This document shows positions 1 through 11,381 of a stretch of 32,549 bases of DNA, in pieces. The notes below the pieces were generated by a model, which was not told the DNA's origin, did no database searches, and saw nothing but the letters and a program-made list of their open reading frames with translations. The first letter of the stretch is position 1. Each line of letters begins with the position of its first letter. The position numbers were made by a program, and so were the translations under genes. This DNA is from Hydrurus foetidus (lineage: Eukaryota): assembly GCA_900617105.1 (NCBI GenBank), contig UYFQ01000567.1, positions 1 through 32,549 on the forward strand, written 5' to 3'.

Positions 1-2855
1 TGGCCGAAAAATTCGGGCATAATTTTAACTAAATTTAGATTTTTTATGGTATTTATACCTATAATTAAATCTATTTCAGAGTCTTCGGCAATGCGGACTG
101 GAAGAGAAAAGATGTATTTTAAAGAATCTTTTTAAATGATACAACAATATCAAGCACAGATTTGGATTCAATACACTTATTATCTAAACCAGAACAAATC
201 CACATAGGTGAATCGGAGTCGCGTAAGCGGTGTTCGCCCGTAGGCCCTCGAGGACTCTACGGTTAATGACGTCACCGACTTCGCACCCCGTATCGATCTG
301 GGCCAGTGCATCCATGCCTCTACTTTGAGGAGTAGGGCTTGTTGGAGCTGCTGGAGGATCCTTCCTTTTCTTTCGCCTTGTCGCGCGCGAAGGCCTCTCG
401 CTCGTTGCGTTGGCGGTCGCGGTCGCGGTTGTCGTTGTCTGCTTGTGCGCGGTCGTCTTTGCGAGGGCGCTCGTCTTGTCTTGGGCCATACTGATCTGTG
501 GGAGAGATATGTTGACTTGTAAGTAATCGTTTACTTTTTCAGGTAGTATTGCTGAAAGTAATGTTCGTGTTCGAGGTAAGTCGATACGCGGTAAAATTGC
601 GACACTGACAGGTGGTATTGAAAACTCACTTCTTCGTCTGTCGTCGTACGCCGGCTTTTTAACCTTGCTGTATGGTGGTGCACTGGTACCTTGCCGAGGG
701 TTTGACTTTTGTTGGGTGTTACCCATGTCAATGTCCTCTTCTTCCGTGGGGAATTCGAAGTTAGTCGGGACGTGGATTTGTTTTCGCTCCCGGGATACTC
801 CGCCCGATGGAAGATGTGCATCGATTACAAAATGTTTGTGACCGAGCCGTTTCCATTCGAGCCCCATAAGGGATTCGGACCACATTTTGTGCGAGTTGTT
901 GCAATGCTCGTTCATGTGGAATCGGCAATTGTAACGGTTGTGCCCGTTGCGCCCACAGGTGTGGCACAGCTTGGTGTTGCGGTCAAGGCCGGGGTAATGA
1001 TGTACCTCTGGCTGACGCTTTGCGATCGCCTTGTATGGTGGTGCGCGTGTGTCCTCCTCTGGATGGAATCCACTGCGTGCAGGTTGGAGGAGTATGATGC
1101 ATTAGACAACGAGCTTCGTTGTCTTTTTGCTTCCTCGGAAGTTGGGCTGTCTGGAGTGGTCCAGCGGTATCTGCTGTTCCCCAACTCCGCTGCGTCGTTG
1201 ACGCATTGACGTGCGATGTTGAGGTGGTCGCTGAGTCGCATGTACATGTCTTGGATGGTGTCTCTTTTTGTCTTCTTTATGGCTGTCTTTGTGGCCTCTA
1301 AGAATTTCATCCCGAGTGCGTTTTCTGCTGGAAGCTTTTTGTAAAATGCTTTGCAGATTTCGTTCTCGCGCTCGGGTGTGAGGTCGGTTCTATCTGGGTA
1401 GTACAGGCTGATGATCTCCTCAAACCGAGTGATCGATGCCTCTTCGACATATGCGTCAGCAAAGTCGTAAGCAAACTTGTAAGCTCTGATCTTCTCATTA
1501 CAATCGTAGGTCGTGTTGGACGTCCTAGTTGCTTGTGAGAAGCAGGCTGTCAAGTCCTTTGCGATTTGTCGGATCGATAGGGTGACCCCGCGGATGACTG
1601 GCCAAGTGGAACATTCTGGTTGGGTGTACCCAAGGACTGCCTTCATTCCATTGAGTCTGAACCTTATAGGTACCAGGGCATTCTCGGTAATGATCTGCTT
1701 CCAATGTGTTTTGAAATTGGGCAGGTTGGCTTGATCGTGGAATGCCTGGATGGTAGCGGACCATCTGTCAAGAGTTTCTCGGCGTTGAGCATGAATACCT
1801 CATTCATATTTATGAGTGTACGCTGTTGTTGGTAATTCTCGTCTGATAAGACTGAGGTATCACTCTGCTCATCGTCGATATCTTCCTCCACCTTGCGTCT
1901 GCGTGCAGCCTCTGTTGTTTTAATTTCAACGCGGCGCTTGTCGCCGCAGACGTCTTCGGTTTTGGCCTCTGAGTGGGATGGTCTTTTTAGACACATCTTC
2001 CTTAGACTCTTTTGCTGATGCAGTTTTTGACTGCTCTGCCTTTTTTGTCTTTTGTGGAACGATGATCTTTTTTCTTGTGGAAATCTTTTTTGTTTGCTTT
2101 GGCGGAGACTTAGTCTTGCGCTTCTCAGGAGAGATGGATTCAACTGACTCGTCTGACGATCGATCGTCCTCATCCGACACTGACTCCGCAACTATCACGT
2201 TATCGTCGTCGTTGTCGTTGATTTCTTCGTCGTTTTCGATGTCGCCCTCATCCTCCTCGTCCTCTCCCGACTCTAAGTCCACCTCCATCGAGGTTTGAAC
2301 CCTGGTCGTTCGAGATGATTTTCTGACGGGGATGGGCTCACTCTCGATTGACTTAGCATCATCAAGGATATCTTGTTCGTTTGCTTTCTTGTCTTTCTCG
2401 TTGCCTCCTCTTCTTCGTTTTGGTCTGCCTTTTGGGCTTCCCTCTACGTCGATGGTTTTTGCAACTGAGGTGCTAGAGCACGGACGAGATCGAGCGCAGA
2501 TCTCGCGTTCTCGTCTCTCGTCTTCGTTCGTTGCCTCTAGGACATATGCAATCATGGCCACTTCGTCTTCAGTCGTTGCGTCTGATGTCTTTTGAGCATC
2601 TTGTATACGCTTGCGTTCTGAAGACCGTTCGGAGTTGCGGGCGGCAATCTCGTCGGGAATGCGTGTGGCGGTGGCTGAGGCCTTTATGGCTTGTCTGGCC
2701 ATGAGAGATTTGCTTCGAGCAATGTTTTCTGCTCTCATCTTCTCCTCGGCCTTTCGTGCCTTGCGAATGCTAAGCATTGTCGCGCTTGGTAGGCCGAGGG
2801 AAGTAGTAATTGCTCCTGGGGAGGCTGATTTGTCGAGGATATCTTGAGCTTCCAT
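1..2855 (-). pseudogene. gag-protease of Gypsy A, split by several frameshifts (ORF pieces 1926-3020, 1664-2191, 912-1646, 184-915 and 1-~240)
   Basis: Consecutive overlapping ORF pieces: charged disordered N-terminus (MEAQ start at 2855), helical capsid-like segment, zinc knuckle, DTG protease. Frameshifts near 1970, 1730, 1650, 1085 and 238. Confidence 0.75.
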
Positions 2856-3416
2856 TGTCTTCGTCTTCGCTACGATAATGGTCGGTAGTTTATTGAAGGG
2901 ACCGCGACGGAACTCGGACGCGGTGAATTCAGGGAGAGGAAGGATAGGTTGAACTTTTGTGAAGACTGGTAGGTGTAGAGTGGAGTAGTAGAAAAAGGAG
3001 GATTGGAATGGTTTGGTCAATTTCGGGAGGAAATTGACGAGAATTTCGGGAGGAAATTTCTCGGCGAGGCCTGCGGAGCGAGCAATCCCACGAACGGAGC
3101 GTTGCTAATGGGTCCTTAAGTAGCGCTTTCGATGCTGAAAGCTACTACTGGCGTGTCGGCTTTCGTGTGACGAAAGTTTTCGATGGGATTTCTTGATATC
3201 GCGAGAAATCGCTGAGATCGAGCTTCGTTAGGACGAAGAGATAGAGGCTGTCGCTTTGCGAATCAACTCTCTATATAGTCGAATAGACGTTTCTGTTACA
3301 GAAAGCTATTGACACTCTCTTTTCGCTTCGAAAATGAGTCGGGTAGCGGTGTGGGAAATCTTGATTTGGCAATCGGCTTTCGTCTTGAAAGGCTAGCTGA
3401 TTCCAAGTAAGCTTAC

Positions 3417-3640
3417 TGTGGTCTCACTGAGGCCTTGGCTGGAACGGGAAACCGGACGGCGGAGGGCAAAGGTGAAATGGCTGGGGAACGATGCTAAAAG
3501 ATAGCAATGTGATTAGCTTACAGATAAGCACAGCAGATATCACGCAACAAATCGTATGGATCGGATCGTCCTCGATCCGAACCGTGCGTACGTTTGTACC
3601 CGAACCCGGTATACCCGGTATACTCGGTGTACGGGTCACA
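3417..3640 (-). repeat. 5' LTR of Gypsy A (~224 bp, TGTGACC...GAGACCACA)
   Basis: TG...CA termini; shares CTGTAAG, TTTCCCGTTCCA and AGACCACA motifs with the LTR of B. The second LTR is outside the window. Confidence 0.75.
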
Positions 3641-4760
3641 GTGCTTGATGGTAACCTTGAGTGAGATCAAGTACAGCAAACACTTTTGCTTGATGTGCAC
3701 CTATTCTACGCAACATCTCACCGATGTGTGGAATAGGATGGTTTATTTTCGGTACAATTGTTGAGATTCCGAAAATCAATACACATGCGCTTAGTTCCAT
3801 CAGATTTAGGAACTAGTAAAACTTGGCTATAATAAGCCGCGTTTGATTTTTTAACAATGTTATGTTTTTCAAGTTTGTTAATCTGACTAAGAATGTCAGC
3901 TTGATCAACTGTTGATTTAGCCCATGGAGGTTGTCTATTTTTAGTGACTTTCCATTGGTCGTCATTGACATTAAAGTCAAAGGGTGGAATATCAGCAGGA
4001 GTGGCCGAAAGTTCACTGCTAAATACATCCTTGAATTCGTGTACTAGTAACCGAAGTTTATTTTTCTGATCTTCATTACCTGCTAAGTTTATTAGCGAGA
4101 GTAGGTCAGTATCAGGAAATTCATCTATCCAAGGTGAAAACGAGTCCTTGATCGAGTCGTCGATTTCGTCCTCATCAGGGGGCACAGCCTCAAAAAGTCT
4201 TTCAGACTCTTGTATTAGTGAAGCTAGAATAACATGTGTTTGGGTTACTGCCGGTTTCACCTTTTGGGTTAAAGGATCGACCTTTGGGGAGCCATCAGAG
4301 GGTTGCAACTTCTCCTTAGGCTGACAGCCACACGTTATATCCACTTGCTCAGAAGATAAAACTTCCGCTAATGAGGATGTGCTTGATGAAGCATTGGCAG
4401 ATATCTGATCGGGGAAACGTGAAAATAAATTCAATTCGCGAATTGTTTTTCGTCCCACTATTAGATCAAATTTCGAATCGTTTAAAACATAAGCCGTGAT
4501 TTGAAAAGTATAATAATTATTTAAATCAAGGCAAAAATAAGAAAGAGTTAAGTCTATAGTGTCAGAAATATCATAACAATGATTATCTAATCCACTACAA
4601 ACTTTACACAATTTCTTTGAAGAGTTAGAAACGAATTGTGTGAAATTATGATTAGTTATAATGCGGCGATGTATAAAGTTGCCAGCAAAAGAGCCGGTGT
4701 CCAGGAGAGTAAAGACTCTATTACTTTTTTCCAGCATAACCTCCTGTGAGAGGGAGATAC
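3641..4760 (-). CDS. pol: Pol of Gypsy B: aspartic protease plus N-terminal RT (truncated by insertion, frameshift near 3745)
   Basis: LLDTGSFAGNFI, VCSGLD, DLIVGR, RMCIDFRNLN and DLTQGYHQ motifs. Confidence 0.9.
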
Positions 4761-6233
4761 GAAGAAAGGAATAAGTTCTGGATCATCGGAAAGAATAGAT
4801 GATGAATTTAGGTTGCATAGTTGCTCACCTTTGTGTTTCTTCGCAGCGTTTGTCGAGTCTGCTGTTGAAGTAGCAGGTTTTGACGAAGAGGAAGACGAAG
4901 AGGAAGACGATGAAGAAGAGGTCGATGTCTTAGGTAAAGTTGGAATAAACTTAGCCTTTGAATCGACTTTCAACAACTGCTTATGACCCTCAGAGTTGAT
5001 ATAGGGTGCGTCTGTACTGTTATAGTACGGTGACGTAGTGTAGAAACACGTGGCGACGAAATGACCAAGTCTCCCACAACCTGTGCAGAGAGGTCTTTCG
5101 AATTTGTCAGACTTGTCTGACTGCACTGATTGTTCGCTCTCTCGTGGACGTTTTTTGATTTTGTCCTGAGAGGAACGAGCAGGAGCTTTGATTTGGCGAG
5201 AGTTATCACCATACAAAGGAGAGACATCAATGAACCGTAAGGCATCAATTGATTCTCGTAGCTTAGCAAGCTGCGCAAGCCATACGAATCGAAAGTCTTC
5301 GATTGTAATGAGTCTTGGCGTTGTATTGTTAAGACTTCGCTGTAACACTGCTCTCCAATTGATAGGTTCGACTTGCAACTTATCGATGAGAATTTTAGTA
5401 GCCTGAAGTTGGAGAGTGGGTGTTGCATCAGGGAATCCATCAACAATATCAGCTAAAAGCTGATCTGTCTTGTCTTCCACTGATTCATCCTTCAGGTCGA
5501 ATTGAAGTGCGACCTGAGAGACAGTTTCAATGAAACTCAGCTTGTCAGTTCGATTGACAGCTGATGTAGGAACTGTGAGATTTAGTTCTCTACAGAACAA
5601 TTGATTCGACCAATGTTTCCAATTGTTACAGGAGTCGCGACGATCGGGATCAGTTGCAAACTTACGCTTGAGAAGCGTTGTAAACGATTGATGGTTGGAA
5701 ACATGGACTACATCAACTGGTTTAAATGGAGTTCCATTTGAAAGGAGGACTTCCATTACCCGTAGTACTTCCTGACGAGAGGGCACGGCGCTCAACTTAG
5801 GAGCTCTCTCACCCGTCTGTACATATTGCTGGGGTGGTGACATCGTCCTTGGAATAGGATTCTCAGCAATAGCTGGTGTCGCGTTTGAATCTGGTATCGC
5901 AGCCGAAGCTGGTATCGCAGCCGAAGCTGGTATCGCAGCCGAAGCTGGTGTCGCAGCCGAAGCTGGTTGCAATGACAAAGCAGATAACGCCGAAATGACA
6001 GGAATATCAATGACAGACATGACCGCAGGCTCCGAATTCCGCTGAAGAATCGGTGCAGACAGGTCGCCGGCGGGGTCCTGAGCCGCAGGTGGCCCAGGAG
6101 ACTCTGCGTCTCCACTACGATTGTGATGGTCGTCATAACGTTGTCGGAACGCGACGGCTACAGCACGAGGTTGCTGCTTTCGCCGAAGGGCGTTGATGGA
6201 GGATGTCTTTTTGTCTTGGCGGCGTAGAGCCAT
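4656..6233 (-). CDS. gag: Gag of Gypsy B (predicted spliced form ends at TAA 4723-4721)
   Basis: 525-aa ORF, low-complexity N-terminus, CCHC knuckle, Ser-rich tail, directly upstream of pol. Confidence 0.8.
   Translation of the reverse strand: MALRRQDKKTSSINALRRKQQPRAVAVAFRQRYDDHHNRSGDAESPGPPAAQDPAGDLSAPILQRNSEPAVMSVIDIPVISALSALSLQPASAATPASAAIPASAAIPASAAIPDSNATPAIAENPIPRTMSPPQQYVQTGERAPKLSAVPSRQEVLRVMEVLLSNGTPFKPVDVVHVSNHQSFTTLLKRKFATDPDRRDSCNNWKHWSNQLFCRELNLTVPTSAVNRTDKLSFIETVSQVALQFDLKDESVEDKTDQLLADIVDGFPDATPTLQLQATKILIDKLQVEPINWRAVLQRSLNNTTPRLITIEDFRFVWLAQLAKLRESIDALRFIDVSPLYGDNSRQIKAPARSSQDKIKKRPRESEQSVQSDKSDKFERPLCTGCGRLGHFVATCFYTTSPYYNSTDAPYINSEGHKQLLKVDSKAKFIPTLPKTSTSSSSSSSSSSSSSKPATSTADSTNAAKKHKGEQLCNLNSSSILSDDPELIPFFVSPSHRRLCWKKVIESLLSWTPALLLATLYIAAL
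5891..5967. repeat. 18-bp minisatellite (~4 copies, ctggtatcgcagccgaag) in gag B, encoding PASAAT/PASAAI repeats
   Basis: Directly visible tandem array. Confidence 0.95.
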
Positions 6234-6337
6234 AATTTTGACGTGATGGTTTAAGTTGGAGGAGTCGAAGACAAAAAGTTGGAAAAGAGAAAGACCTTTC
6301 TCGGAGGAAGCTTCGGTAATTGACCGAATATCGATAT

Positions 6338-6598
6338 TGTGGTCTGACGGCGGGGCCTAGGACGGAAGGCGAAGTTGGAACGGGAAAAGGACGGAAGGCG
6401 TGGACAAGCGGACGTGGAGTCAAGGTGATAAAGACTTGTGTTAATATCTTACAGTTAAATAGATGAAGGTGATGTGTACGCTAAGAGCACTCACGTCATA
6501 TATGGAACTAAGACCTAAACTGGAATCTGGGCGTCATATACCTATTGTACCTAGTAAACCTAGACACATTGTATCCATAGGGATGCAATAAGGCTACA
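6338..6598 (-). repeat. 5' LTR of Gypsy B (~261 bp, TGTAGCC...CAGACCACA)
   Basis: TG...CA termini; begins where the MULE-like reading frame loses coherence; 3' half similar to LTR A. Confidence 0.75.
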
Positions 6599-7029
6599 CC
6601 AGTAAGTCCACGATGGGCTTCTGGGGTGAGAACCGTAAGATCGGTATGATCGTGAACTCCATGGAAATACGAGATGTATTGTCCAATGGAGGAATCCATC
6701 TCGTATCTTCGCATAAAAGAGCAGCCAGTAAATTTGCATTTAAACTTAAACTGCAAGTCTACTGAGCTGACTTTTGAATAGTCCGATATTGCTGCATCAT
6801 GCACTACATCACCAAGAGACTGGTAAAGTATAAACCCAGTCTTATCCTCCACTAAATGTTCCTCCCATTTGAGAGCTTTCCCACGACCTTTCTTCTTTAC
6901 AGAGTTAGAAGGATCATTAATAACCTCCTCTGTAGAGATGTCAACATCAGATCCTGAATCAGTTGATGCTGGACTGTCTGGAATATGAATCCCAAAAGAT
7001 GTTTCGACGCCGAATACAGTGTTGGACAT
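6599..7029 (-). pseudogene. 5' fragment of a probable MULE/Mutator-type transposase (WRKY/FLYWCH-like zinc finger), interrupted by Gypsy B
   Basis: FKCKFTGC...HGVHDH (C-x4-C...H-x-H) followed by HRGLT; the C-terminal ~30 aa of the listed ORF are LTR B sequence. Confidence 0.55.
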
Positions 7030-7596
7030 AGTGAGGGTTGAAGGAATGAGGGTTGCAACGAAGTAATCTTTTCTAAGGAAATTTGAATAGATTACTCAGA
7101 TTCTGAAGATAACTTCCCAAGAAAAATTTGAGAACTACTGGAGATTTGAAGTGACTTACCGAGTATTGTTGCACAGTTGCAAGATTCTGGTGCTGCTTGA
7201 AGTAGATATACAGATTTTTTCACAAAAAAAGTCAACTTAAAATCAGTTTTTTTGGCAGAAAATTTCTACTGAATTTTTTTGGCGCGATTTCAGTTGTAAA
7301 AAATAATCCGATTCACTAGAATCTGTTATTCCGTCAATATATTCCGGGGTGCGTGCTCCAGATTAAAAAAGTCAAAGCACAATGGGTCCGTTTGGTAAAT
7401 TCGACGAAAAAAACGGCGTTTTTTCGAAATCACGATTAGGACTTCGGATCGAGATCTGAAAAATCGTGTTTTTTTCGATTTTCGAAAAACCCGTTTTACC
7501 AAACGGCCCTTTTTTTTGATGACCACCAGTTGCGAAAACTGAAATCCCACCTTTAACCTCATACGTGTTCATGCACAACACATAATAGAGTAAACG

Positions 7597-8766
7597 ATGT
7601 TCAATCCTGATGATGGTCTATTAAACCTTGAATTGCTGGTTGCTGTTGTTTTGGCAGCTGAGAATATTGACGGTGTGCATCCAGTCATCCAACACGACTC
7701 CGAGCTCACTGGTGCGAAGTACTTTAGTGAGCTCATGCGCACCGAAAATGTGAACCGATTTCATCAAGTTGCCAGAATGGATAAAGATACATTTAGTCTT
7801 CTACTTAATTTACTCATAGATGTTGGCGGATTGGTTAATTCGATGTACATAAGTGTGGGAGAGAAAGTCATGATATTAATTTATGTGCTAAGGGGGCATA
7901 CAAATCGTGAGACATGCGAGCGATGGCAACACAGCGGAGAAACAATATCGAAAATAGTTCATGAAGTAAGCGACGCCTTACTGGGATGTGGTTATGTTAT
8001 ATACAAACCAGCACAAGTTGGTGATCCAACACCGTCGCATATTTCCAATAGTGCTAAGTTTTCACCATATTTCAACGATTGTATTGGTGCTTTAGATGGG
8101 TCTCATATTCCTGCAATAATCCCCTTGGAGGATCAAGGCAGATACTTTAATCGGAAAAAATTTTTATCGCAGAATGTACTAGGTGTTGCAAATTTTGACT
8201 TATCGTTTGCATACGCTTTATATGGATGGGAAGGAACAGCTCATGATAGCAGAGTATTGGATGATGCCAAAAACAAAGGTCTACCACTTATACCTGGAAA
8301 GTACTACCTGGGTGATGCGGGGTACGGACTTAGTACCACCGTACTTACCCCCTATAGGGGTGTACGTTACCATTTACAGGAATTTGAAATCAACGGAAAT
8401 GGACCTGTCAACAGTAAGGAATTATTCAACTTAAGACATTCCTCATTACGCAATGTTGTAGAACGTATCTTCGGAATAGTAAAAGCTAGGTTTCCAGTAC
8501 TAAAAAAAATGAGCCCGTATGAGTTCGAATTTCAATGCGATATTGTGCAATGCTGTTTTTTACTGCATAATTTTGTTCACCTCAATCAAACATATGAAGA
8601 TCAATTCTATGATGAAGCTGGTAATTTTGTTGATAATGATATCGATGAAGACGTAGTTTATGAACCAGTAGAGGACGGTGTATACAATGCATTGAAGATA
8701 TGGCGCAATGGTATCGCGGAGGAGATGTGGGCTGATTATCTCGCATATATGGCACTAAATACCTAG
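7597..8766 (+). CDS. Harbinger transposase (DDE_Tnp_4, HARBI1-like)
   Basis: Motifs CIGALDGSHIP, GWEGTAHDSRV, YYLGDAGY and FNLRHSSLRNVVERIFG; intact 389-aa ORF. Confidence 0.95.
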   Translation: MFNPDDGLLNLELLVAVVLAAENIDGVHPVIQHDSELTGAKYFSELMRTENVNRFHQVARMDKDTFSLLLNLLIDVGGLVNSMYISVGEKVMILIYVLRGHTNRETCERWQHSGETISKIVHEVSDALLGCGYVIYKPAQVGDPTPSHISNSAKFSPYFNDCIGALDGSHIPAIIPLEDQGRYFNRKKFLSQNVLGVANFDLSFAYALYGWEGTAHDSRVLDDAKNKGLPLIPGKYYLGDAGYGLSTTVLTPYRGVRYHLQEFEINGNGPVNSKELFNLRHSSLRNVVERIFGIVKARFPVLKKMSPYEFEFQCDIVQCCFLLHNFVHLNQTYEDQFYDEAGNFVDNDIDEDVVYEPVEDGVYNALKIWRNGIAEEMWADYLAYMALNT

Positions 8767-9060
8767 GGAAAGGAACAATAAAATCTTTTTTTTTCGATAT
8801 ATCGAATTTAACATTAATCCTATTGATTTTTTGAGGTCATATCCTGACAGTTTTTTCGATTTATCTCATCAACCAGTGCTCTGATCGGGATTCTGAGCGT
8901 ATTTCCTGATCATAGTTAATTCTATTCATTATTCCAGTGGGGGGCTAAACTGATACCGGGGCAAAACTGATACCGCTCTGTACTATACTCCGCACAATCA
9001 ACTGACATACCAACCCTCACAACAACCAATTAGGACATCGCCGGCGTCGATCAGAACACC

Positions 9061-9549
9061 ATGGATGCAACAGTGCCAGTAGACGAAGATGCCTACAACC
9101 ACTGGATTGAATTTTCGGGCGGTTTGCCAACGCTTCAGCAGAAAAAATGGATAACAAGTAGAGTCTTGAACAAAATCGAGAGCGCGGCGGACATTGCAAA
9201 AAGATACAACATCCAAAGAAAGTATATCAATATCCTTGTTCAGAGGATGCGTAAAAGATCCTATCTCAGAATGCTGCCGGGCAGACCGCGAGTTCTTGAT
9301 GCTGAAAGCCAACAGAAAATTGAAACTTCCATCGTAGATATGACGTGCGAAAATGACGATCACCTTACCTCGGCAATCAAAGAGGAATTCCTTGCAACCC
9401 GCCTGAGATTGGGCAAAGTTGATGCAGCTGACGATAGTACTGACGTTGTTGATCCTGTTAAGATTTCGAGGAGATCACTAAAGCGCTATCTTATCCGCTT
9501 TCATCCTGGAGTATTTCAAACATTTGACGCGCACTCTGCTGTTGTCTGA
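9061..9549 (+). CDS. Stand-alone HTH protein homologous to the N-terminal DNA-binding region of the element's transposase
   Basis: QKKWI...IAKRYNIQRKYINILVQR...GRPRVLD...KISRRSLKRYL aligns by eye with EKVWL...LSGRYGISRKILNLWVNR...GRPKLFD...PISRRSIARYI. Confidence 0.8.
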   Translation: MDATVPVDEDAYNHWIEFSGGLPTLQQKKWITSRVLNKIESAADIAKRYNIQRKYINILVQRMRKRSYLRMLPGRPRVLDAESQQKIETSIVDMTCENDDHLTSAIKEEFLATRLRLGKVDAADDSTDVVDPVKISRRSLKRYLIRFHPGVFQTFDAHSAVV

Positions 9550-9606
9550 AGATGAAGCTCAAACTGTTCATATTGATTCTGAATTATCCGTTTATTTACA
9601 AATAGA

Positions 9607-11381
9607 TTAAATATCTTCTACTGCTACTACTCCTACATTTTTTGCTCTTTTGTTCGGCTTGGGGTTCTGCTTCTTTAACTCTGCATCTGCTTTGCGCTTG
9701 ACAGCTTTGGCAACCTTCTCTGTCTCGAGTGCTTCTTTCGCCAGCTTCTTGTCGTCCTCACTAGCGATAAATGCGCAGTTAGTTAGGAATACAAATCTTC
9801 GACGGTTGAGGACGAGATCATCAATGCATCTACCATTTGCCCTGGACATGTTGTCCATATCTAAGCGTTCCATGTCCTTCATAGACAACTCCCCATTGGT
9901 CTTCATCTGATTGCAAAGGAATGGCATGTGCTCCCAAACTCTCGTGATCTCATCAGTAGTGAAAGCAGTTTTGCACTGACCCAAAATTTTCTCAACATCG
10001 CATCCCCCGCCCTTTCTGTCGAACTGGCCGCACGTACTGAATGAGTCGGTAATTGTGTCTGATCTTAAAGTTGACTGAATTATATGTTTCACTACCTGCA
10101 GTCCCTCTGCTATTGCTTTCACATGCGCCGCAGACATTTTCTTCCCAACGAAAGTTTCATGCAGCTTGATGAAGTTTTTGTGACGCTCGGTAGATTTGGA
10201 AATCAGTATATCCTTGATATTCTTAAGTCCCTTTTTTTTGTTTTGGATGCCATAAAACATGTCCCAACATCGCACGGCTGGTAGATTGAGGTTGTAGAGG
10301 CAGGCAACTTCCCAATGACGATATTGTGTTCTAAGCACATGTTGGCAACCTCAGTGGTTCTCAGCGGCTTGATCTGAACATCCTCCCCATCAAGTGTAAA
10401 ATAAGCTGGTGTCGTCAGAGGTATTTGATTTAGTATCCTTATGTCAGTGACAAACTTGATGAAGACACTTGAGAACCACCATCTATAGAACTCCTGGTTG
10501 ACGCTTCGAGTTTTAGAAAATACTACCCAACCAGTCGACAGTATATCAGTCCCGATTCCCAGACCGGATACCTCATGGTAGTCTATTGTCCCCTCCACCA
10601 TGTTGTCGTCAGCAATTATGTAAACAGGAGGAGCAGAGACACCCATAGCAGTGATACACATATAGAACTTGATGAAAAATGCTGTCAAGGTAGACCCTTT
10701 CACTGCCATGACTTTCAACGGTCCTTTCTTCTCAACCCTCTCTAGTGGGTCATAGAGAACCTGAACCTTGTCTGTTAGGCCACCCGAAGTTTGATATGAA
10801 GTCCCATCGGCATTGATCGCTAGATCAGGAACCGTCAAAGGCATCATCAAGAAGTGCGCCACAGCGACGGTAACAGCATTGAGCTTATCCGAAGTAGCGA
10901 GAGCTCTTGCGTCGGTGGTCTGCTCCGCATTACCGACTTTGAGACCGATGGCATCAATGTAACGTGCTATGGACCTCCGTGAGATAGGCTTGACCGATGA
11001 TCCAGCAACAGCTTTTGTTTTGACGACTGCTTTCACGTGCTCTGACTGTAAATTGCGAACGAAATCTGATTTTACTGTGTTGTGAATATTGCCCGAAACA
11101 GACGATCTCAGTTCTGCTTTCGCGGGAGAATCAAATAATTTTGGTCTGCCAGCATCGTGCACCTTTCCATTCTTTGAGAATCTGTTAACCCAAAGATTCA
11201 ATATTTTCCTGGAAATGCCATAGCGTCCAGAGAGTTCTGGTGAAGATACTCCATGATAGAAGATCTCATGAATAAGCCAAACTTTCTCAGCTGTCGAGAT
11301 TGAATTCGATTTTAATTTTGGTGTCCGTCTCCCCCAAGGACTAGGGAGCCTCTCGGGAGTCGATGGCGGAGAAGTTGACAT
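9607..11381 (-). CDS. pogo-like (DDE_1-type) transposase, ~591 aa, one frameshift at the A8 run near 10232-10239
   Basis: N-terminal HTH plus GRPK; catalytic motifs INADGT, TLDGE and LPASTTSIYQPCDVG (39 residues between the 2nd and 3rd Asp); ORFs 10203-11381 and 9607-10338 overlap. Confidence 0.85.

Larger units (their letters stand above)
1..3640 (-). mobile_element. Ty3/Gypsy-type LTR retrotransposon A (5' LTR, gag, protease; continues beyond window start), nested in the RT of element B
   Basis: CCHC knuckle CHTCGRNGHNRYNC (~966-925, same frame as ORF 184-915); protease AQIDTGCEVGDVI (~300-265), then in a shifted frame WICSGLD...DLIIG to position 1, matching the proteases of B and C; the element begins exactly where the RT of B is cut. 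Confidence 0.85.
3641..6598 (-). mobile_element. Ty3/Gypsy-type LTR retrotransposon B (5' LTR, gag, protease, 5' part of RT), interrupted by element A
   Basis: Gag with CTGCGRLGHFVATC knuckle; protease LLDTGS; Gypsy RT start VLLVPKSDGTKRMCIDFRNLN, continuing after a frameshift as HPIPHIGEMLRRIG...VLDLTQGYHQA to 3641. Confidence 0.9.

Noticed and set aside
3690..3740. Imperfect hairpin thought to mark a truncation junction
   Set aside because: The region is simply RT coding sequence in a shifted frame (HPIPHIGEMLRRIGAHQ).
6439..6598. Shorter 160-bp LTR for Gypsy B ending at ATTAACA
   Set aside because: Similarity to LTR A continues to CAGACCACA at 6338.
7030..7380. Terminal inverted repeat of the MULE-like element
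   Set aside because: No partner end is visible in the window, so it cannot be delimited.
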